Made by a program: the position numbers and the translations under genes
Notes under the pieces: generated by a model
Told to the model about the DNA's origin: nothing
Database searches by the model: none
The model's input: the letters and a program-made list of their open reading frames with translations, nothing else
Part shown: piece after piece, positions 6,418 to 11,245 of the stretch
Layout: every line of letters begins with the position of its first letter
How positions within the stretch are numbered: the first letter of the stretch is position 1
Source: Elainellaceae cyanobacterium
GTDB lineage: Bacteria > Cyanobacteriota > Cyanobacteriia > CAZCXK01
Direction of reading: 5' to 3'
NCBI GenBank assembly: GCA_051117555.1
Contig: JBNPEG010000193.1
Location: forward strand, 1 to 11,245
DNA length: 11,245 nt

Positions 6418-7599
6418 ATGGTCGCATTAAAAAAACAATGGCAGCAGCAACGGTTACAGCGTCAGCAAGAACTTGCCCAGCGTCAACAGCACGTTCGTGA
6501 AACCCTGGCAACGTTCCATCAAGACCGCCAAGCTATGAGATCTCATCTGCGGGATGATCTCAGTCTATTTCAACTTGATTTGCAAAAAAATACTCACGAT
6601 TTTCTTGATCGTCTCAGCCGACAGCGGCACGTTCTCTCTGAACAGCTCGTACAGGAGCTTCGTGCTTTTGTAGAAACCCTGCAAGCCGAGACTGCTTATG
6701 TCTTATCTGTGATGGCGGCTGAACGGATTCAAAAAGCCGAGCAGCTTACACAAGACTTACAGCATTTTTATGAACACCTTCGCATGTCAGTTGCTGCGCT
6801 GAGAGGGCGGCTTGGTGCTCATTTGCTTGAGATTCGTGAAGAGATATGGGTGATTCGAGCCGATACGCACGCCTATTTGGAGGTTCAGCGGCAAGAACAA
6901 ATCCGGGTCCGAGCCAACCTTATTTCTGAATTGCAAGCGTACGTAGATGCGCTGCACTTAGAAGTCTCTGATTATCTTTTTAATTTAGAATATCTGCGAC
7001 AGGAGCGATCGCAACAGATTCAAGACGAATTTCAGCAGCAGCGCGAGATTCGCATGCTAGAGATGGATGCGCTCTTTCGAGAACTCGCAGAATTTCGAGC
7101 ATACTTGCGTGACTATCGTGCAGATTTGCATCGAGTAGTGTGGGGTGATGAAACCATCTCCAGTGAGGAGGGCCCATCGGTTTCTCCAAACCATCCAAGT
7201 CCGTCCGGTTCTCAGCCTGCCGTAAACCTAGCTCAAGAGATTCCTGCTCCGGCATCGGTTTCTGACCATCCGCAAGCTCAAGCCTTAAACGTAGCCAATA
7301 TCGGCCAGGTTCTAGGGGGTGAACGTGTGCCAACTTCCCAGAATGGCTCAATTCCAACTCTAGTTGTGTCGTCTGGTTTAATCACACCAATCGGTTCGAC
7401 GCAGCACGACTCCGAGCATTTAGAAGAAGACATCTTTACCTTTATTCATGAATCAGGAGGCGCACGGCTCACTGCTATCGAATCTGCACTTGGAATGAAT
7501 CGCTTTCAAGCCGTCAATGCACTGCGATCTTTAATCAAAAAAGGAATGGTGACTCAGCGCGATCGCGTCTATCTCGTTCAAGAGGATATTAACCTGTGA
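6418..7599 (+). CDS. gvpC: Gas vesicle scaffold protein GvpC with a C-terminal winged-helix-like extension
   Basis: Lies between gvpA and gvpN. Five degenerate 33-aa helical repeats plus one 25-aa unit, ending in VVWG. Start moved from 6337 to ATG 6418, which follows AGGAGG (6408-6413), giving 393 aa. Confidence 0.88.
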   Translation: MVALKKQWQQQRLQRQQELAQRQQHVRETLATFHQDRQAMRSHLRDDLSLFQLDLQKNTHDFLDRLSRQRHVLSEQLVQELRAFVETLQAETAYVLSVMAAERIQKAEQLTQDLQHFYEHLRMSVAALRGRLGAHLLEIREEIWVIRADTHAYLEVQRQEQIRVRANLISELQAYVDALHLEVSDYLFNLEYLRQERSQQIQDEFQQQREIRMLEMDALFRELAEFRAYLRDYRADLHRVVWGDETISSEEGPSVSPNHPSPSGSQPAVNLAQEIPAPASVSDHPQAQALNVANIGQVLGGERVPTSQNGSIPTLVVSSGLITPIGSTQHDSEHLEEDIFTFIHESGGARLTAIESALGMNRFQAVNALRSLIKKGMVTQRDRVYLVQEDINL

Positions 7600-9152
7600 C
7601 TACGATTCTTCACGCTCGCCCCCGGCAGTTTGTCAACACACCCGCTATAGAAAGAGTGTCAGCGCGGGCACTTCGCTATCTCCAGTCTGGCTTTTCTGTT
7701 CATCTACGTGGACCTGCCGGAACAGGGAAAACTACGCTCGCACTCCACCTGGCTGACCTTTTAGGTCGTCCCATCATGCTGCTGTTTGGCGACGATGAAT
7801 TTAAGACATCTGATCTGATTGGCAATCAAACAGGCTATACCCGCAAGAAAGTATTTGACAATTTCATTCACAGCGTTGTGAAGGTTGAAGACGAACTTCG
7901 CCATAACTGGGTTGATTCTCGTTTGACCCTTGCTTGTCGGGAAGGCTTTACGCTGGTGTATGACGAATTCAACCGATCACGCCCTGAAGTCAATAATGTT
8001 TTGCTATCGGCTTTGGAGGAGAAACTGCTCGTTTTGCCACCGAATGGCTCTCGTAACGAATATATTCGGGTGAGTCCGCATTTTCGAGCCATTTTTACGT
8101 CGAATCCGACCGAATATTGTGGCGTTCATGACACTCAAGATGCCTTACTCGATCGTCTCATCACTCTCAATATCGCTGAACCCGACGAGCTTACCCAGCA
8201 AGAAATCGTCATTCAGAAAACAAATATTGGACGCGAAAGCGCGGCATTCATCGTGCAAGTGGTAAAAGCCTTTCGCACTGACGTAGGTGCAAGCGATTCA
8301 TCAGGTTTGCGATCCTGTTTAATGCTGGCAAAAGTCTGTCAAGAACATGGGATTTCGGTCGCCCCTGAGAATCCTGAATTTCGAGATATTTGTCACGACA
8401 TTCTACTTTCTCGCGCAGGATTACCCTTATGTGAATCGACCCAGATTTTATGGGATCTGTTCAATTCACTTCCTTTCCCTGAATCTACGCAAGGCTCCGT
8501 TGTCGAGCTTTTGCCTACGTCTATTGAATCAATTGCTGTTGATAATGACGATGAGTGGAATTCAAAGATCGATTTAACATCGAACCTTTTGAATGAAATC
8601 CATGCCCCCGATTTAGACGAAATTTTTAGCCCAGTTGGGACAACCGCGTCGCAACAACCTACCTCTCAGGTTTCTGATGAAATGGTTCGTGAGGTGTTAA
8701 GCCACCTCCATGAGGAATTAACCAATACGGAGCTACCGTCTGAATCAGAATTAGTTCATAAGGGGTTAGATAAGACGGTATTGAATTCAACGGCAGGGCT
8801 TACCGCGATTACGTATGCGCCTGGAGAGATGATTCCGGAAGATGTCGAAATTTCCATTAGCGAAATTGAAGCTGTCAATGCGCTAGATGATATTGATGTG
8901 GGCGCGATCGCCAAACCCATTTCAGCATCTATTTCTATATCCTTCGCAGAAACAGTACCATTTGAGCACGATGTGTATCTCTATTTGCAGCAGTTTCCTG
9001 ATGCTCCTCCATCCCAGATTGAAACTGCGTTAGGCATTAGCCGCTTCCAGGCCATAAATGCACTGCAAGCACTGAGTAAAAAAGGTGTGCTGGATGAGTG
9101 CTATGGGATTGGGCAAGACTCTGCTTCGTCTTATACCAATAGTGAGGTCTAA
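7596..9152 (+). CDS. gvpN: Gas vesicle AAA+ ATPase GvpN with long acidic linker and C-terminal winged-helix-like domain
   Basis: [16 protein letters not shown] start, Walker [47 protein letters not shown] (Walker B) and [11 protein letters not shown] start overlaps the gvpC stop (GTGA), with GAGGA SD-like motif upstream. Confidence 0.96.
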   Translation: MTTILHARPRQFVNTPAIERVSARALRYLQSGFSVHLRGPAGTGKTTLALHLADLLGRPIMLLFGDDEFKTSDLIGNQTGYTRKKVFDNFIHSVVKVEDELRHNWVDSRLTLACREGFTLVYDEFNRSRPEVNNVLLSALEEKLLVLPPNGSRNEYIRVSPHFRAIFTSNPTEYCGVHDTQDALLDRLITLNIAEPDELTQQEIVIQKTNIGRESAAFIVQVVKAFRTDVGASDSSGLRSCLMLAKVCQEHGISVAPENPEFRDICHDILLSRAGLPLCESTQILWDLFNSLPFPESTQGSVVELLPTSIESIAVDNDDEWNSKIDLTSNLLNEIHAPDLDEIFSPVGTTASQQPTSQVSDEMVREVLSHLHEELTNTELPSESELVHKGLDKTVLNSTAGLTAITYAPGEMIPEDVEISISEIEAVNALDDIDVGAIAKPISASISISFAETVPFEHDVYLYLQQFPDAPPSQIETALGISRFQAINALQALSKKGVLDECYGIGQDSASSYTNSEV

Positions 9153-9157
9153 CAATT

Positions 9158-9547
9158 ATGGCGATCGCCTCTCCAACCCATTCATCAAACGCCAATCGAA
9201 CGATTACTACATCGACGCAAGGTTCAACCCTGGCGGATGTGTTAGAGCGAGTATTAGACAAGGGGATCGTGATTGCAGGAGATATCTCTGTATCGGTTGG
9301 CTCTACCGAACTGTTGAGTATTCGGATTCGGTTACTGATTTCATCGGTTGATAAAGCCAGAGAAATTGGCATCAACTGGTGGGAGAGTGATCCTTATCTC
9401 AACAGTCAATCTCAAACACTCCTGGACGCCAATCAACAACTCCTATCTCGAATTGACAGTTTGGAAACTGAACTGCGATCGCTCAAAGCTGCAGTGCCTG
9501 CGCCTGCGCCTGCACATGCAACTCAGCAGGTCGAGCCATCCGATTGA
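9158..9547 (+). CDS. gvpJ: Gas vesicle protein GvpJ
   Basis: TQGSTLADVLERVLDKGIVIAGDISVSVGSTELLSIRIRLLISSVDKAREIGINWWESDPYL followed by a coiled coil. GAGGT at 9144-9148. Confidence 0.96.
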   Translation: MAIASPTHSSNANRTITTSTQGSTLADVLERVLDKGIVIAGDISVSVGSTELLSIRIRLLISSVDKAREIGINWWESDPYLNSQSQTLLDANQQLLSRIDSLETELRSLKAAVPAPAPAHATQQVEPSD

Positions 9548-9567
9548 GGAAGATGAGGAATACGACC

Positions 9568-9774
9568 ATGATCACCGTTAAGTCTATGAGACAGATTGCA
9601 ACGTCGAAGACAGTTCCAAGTTTTCGAGCGGTTCCGGCATTGGGGCGATCGCATCACAGGGTATTCGACCAAGGACGTAGAGTCGCCGGCGAGCATCAGC
9701 GTTTAGCTCATGACGCACATCATCAATGGCGTAATCAACTGTGGAGTAAGAAAACCCAAGGAACCAAACCATGA
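9568..9774 (+). CDS. Small basic His-rich protein (68 aa) in the gvpX position between gvpJ and gvpK
   Basis: ATG 9568 follows GAGGA (9555-9559), is co-oriented with the operon, and its stop overlaps the next ATG (ATGA 9771-9774). Microcystis has gvpX at this position, but homology was not verified. Confidence 0.6.
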   Translation: MITVKSMRQIATSKTVPSFRAVPALGRSHHRVFDQGRRVAGEHQRLAHDAHHQWRNQLWSKKTQGTKP

Positions 9775-9920
9775 CCCCCCCGAAGAAACCTGTAAACTCA
9801 GAACATTATCGACAGATGCTCGTTCGAGATGGAGAGCGTCGATTTCGTGAATGGCACGCTGCCTTCTTAAAGTATCAGCAGGAATTTTTAAAGCGGTTGC
9901 CCCGGTCTCGCTCGAAGTAA
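9771..9920 (+). CDS. Small hypothetical protein, 49 aa (MTPPKKPVNSEHYRQMLVRDGERRFREWHAAFLKYQQEFLKRLPRSRSK), absent from the ORF track
   Basis: Translated by hand from ATG 9771 to TAA 9918-9920. ATGA overlap with the upstream stop, AAGGAA at 9758-9763, fills most of the gap before gvpK, and has an amphipathic-helix pattern. Confidence 0.6.
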   Translation: MTPPKKPVNSEHYRQMLVRDGERRFREWHAAFLKYQQEFLKRLPRSRSK

Positions 9921-9979
9921 CTGAGAGCGTGTTGGTTAACCCTCCGCATATGGTTGTCATTTTTGGATGAAGACCCGCC

Positions 9980-10471
9980 ATGCCCCCCTCCGATTCACCG
10001 ATATCGATTAATATTGCGCCTGACTCTCCTGAGCTCCTACCCACTTGCCCGTCTCAGGGAAAAGATTCTGGCTTGGCTCCGCTGTTGTTGACTGTCGTTG
10101 AGTTAGTTCGGCAACTGATGGAAGCCCAAGTCATTCGTCGCATGGAAGCCGATCAGCTCAGCGACGATGATCTTGATCGGGCTGCTGGAAGCCTCAGAAA
10201 ACTCGAAGAACAGGTGTTGAACCTGTGCGATGTATTTGAAATTGACCCGGCTGATCTCAATATCGACTTGGGCGACATTGGCACGCTGCTGCCCAAAGCA
10301 GGCGGATACTATCCCGGAGAGACGTCTGCTAATCCTTCGATTTTGGAACTTCTCGACCGTCTCTTGCATACCGGCATTGTTCTGCAGGGCAGTGTTGATT
10401 TAGGGCTTGCCCAATTAAATTTGATTCATGCCAAACTTCAGCTTGTTCTGACATCACAGCCTATTCCATAA
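9980..10471 (+). CDS. gvpK: Gas vesicle protein GvpK
   Basis: GLAPLLLTVVELVRQLMEAQVIRRME...DLNIDLG is the GvpK signature, followed by a GvpA-like C-terminal segment (LELLDRLLHTGIVLQG) typical of cyanobacterial GvpK. Confidence 0.95.
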   Translation: MPPSDSPISINIAPDSPELLPTCPSQGKDSGLAPLLLTVVELVRQLMEAQVIRRMEADQLSDDDLDRAAGSLRKLEEQVLNLCDVFEIDPADLNIDLGDIGTLLPKAGGYYPGETSANPSILELLDRLLHTGIVLQGSVDLGLAQLNLIHAKLQLVLTSQPIP

Positions 10472-11220
10472 TGCAGGTTAAATCTATGACACAAGGTCTT
10501 TATCTATACGGTATTTTTCCGTCTCCAGGACCGCTCAATCTCGATTTGAATGGACTTGATCAACAACCTGTTTGGGCTCATCAGATCGAAGAATTTGTGT
10601 TCTTATATTCAGACGCTCAACAGAGTCGCTATTTAGCGAGTCGGCGCAATTTATTGGGACATGAACGGGTGTTAGAGCAGGCGATGGAAGAGGGTTATCG
10701 AACCCTACTACCATTACAGTTCGGCCTGGTCATCGAAGACTGGAACACTGTTGAAAAGCAGCTGATTAGCACTCATGGAGCTCATCTCGAAGGGTTATTC
10801 AATAAGCTCTTGGGGCATCGAGAAGTGGGTGTCAAAGTCTTTTGGGATCAACCTGCGGAACTAGAGGCATTGATGGCTGAGGATAGCCCTCTGCGCTCTG
10901 AGCGCGATCGCCTTGAGGGGAAATCGCTCAGCATGGATGAGGTCGTCCGCATCGGTCAGGCCATTGAGCAGAAAATGGGCGATCGCCAGCAGCATATTAT
11001 TTCGGTCTTCCGGGATACACTAAATTCGCTTGCGGTCGACGCGATAGAAAATGATCCGCTCACTGATGCCATGATCTACAACGCTGCGTATCTGATTCCC
11101 TGGGATGCAGAGCCAGAATTTAGCAAACGAGTTGAGACCTTAGATCAGACATTTGAGGGTCGTTTACGCATTCGTTACAACAATTTCACCGCTCCGTTTA
11201 ACTTCGCTCGGTTAAATTAA
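10471..11220 (+). CDS. gvpF: Gas vesicle protein GvpF (GvpL/GvpF family)
   Basis: LYLYGIFP, YLASRRNLLGHERVLE, LLPLQFG, MIYNAAYLIPW and RLRIRYNNFTAPFNFA. TAATG overlap with the gvpK stop; alternative start is ATG 10486 (MTQGLYLYG). Confidence 0.95.
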   Translation: MQVKSMTQGLYLYGIFPSPGPLNLDLNGLDQQPVWAHQIEEFVFLYSDAQQSRYLASRRNLLGHERVLEQAMEEGYRTLLPLQFGLVIEDWNTVEKQLISTHGAHLEGLFNKLLGHREVGVKVFWDQPAELEALMAEDSPLRSERDRLEGKSLSMDEVVRIGQAIEQKMGDRQQHIISVFRDTLNSLAVDAIENDPLTDAMIYNAAYLIPWDAEPEFSKRVETLDQTFEGRLRIRYNNFTAPFNFARLN

Positions 11221-11245
11221 TCTGAATTAGTCTACTGAATTAATT

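Larger units (their letters stand above)
487..10986. repeat. Dispersed HIP1 octamers (GCGATCGC), 16 copies
   Basis: Starts at 487, 674, 680, 847, 2252, 4843, 4860, 5113, 7005, 7559, 8904, 9161, 9475, 9645, 10904 and 10979. Fewer than one copy is expected by chance in 11 kb; this is a cyanobacterial hallmark. Confidence 0.95.

Noticed and set aside
9496..9513. (GCCTGC)x3 microsatellite in the gvpJ tail
   Set aside because: In-frame Pro-Ala low-complexity tail with no frameshift or phase-variation potential.
9584..10044. Minus-strand ORFs 9584-9772 and 9703-10044 in the gvpJ-gvpK gap
   Set aside because: Opposite to the operon and one overlaps gvpK; the two + strand ORFs with SD motifs and ATGA coupling explain the region better.
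274..10369. Remaining short ORFs in the track that overlap the assigned genes on either strand
   Set aside because: Alternative-frame or antisense shadows of well-supported genes with no independent motifs.
11222..11242. CTGAATTA direct repeat after gvpF
   Set aside because: Two short AT-rich copies at the window edge; too little context.

Overview
Cyanobacterial chromosomal window (16 HIP1 octamers GCGATCGC in 11.2 kb), with all credible genes on the + strand. Left: a 5'-truncated VOC/glyoxalase-family gene, then an enolase-superfamily dipeptide epimerase coupled to a DUF1611 P-loop protein (DgcA/DgcN-like pair). Middle: an acidic six-BON-domain putative lipoprotein, an intergenic 3x20-bp tandem repeat with a 13-bp inverted repeat, and a stand-alone FutC/FbpC-like ABC ATPase with a possible Fur box. 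Right: a gas vesicle cluster gvpA-gvpC-gvpN-gvpJ-orf68(gvpX position)-orf49-gvpK-gvpF, probably continuing past the window. Most unusual: (1) GvpC and GvpN both end in a paralogous winged-helix-like domain (19/44 identical, ungapped) on a long low-complexity linker; (2) a 49-codon ORF missing from the ORF track is translationally coupled between gvpJ and gvpK; (3) the 529-bp region before gvpA holds a perfect palindrome and a ~177-nt rod-like hairpin whose G-U pairs work only on the sense strand, suggesting a structured leader or ncRNA. All family calls come from motif recognition by eye; no searches or folding programs were run.
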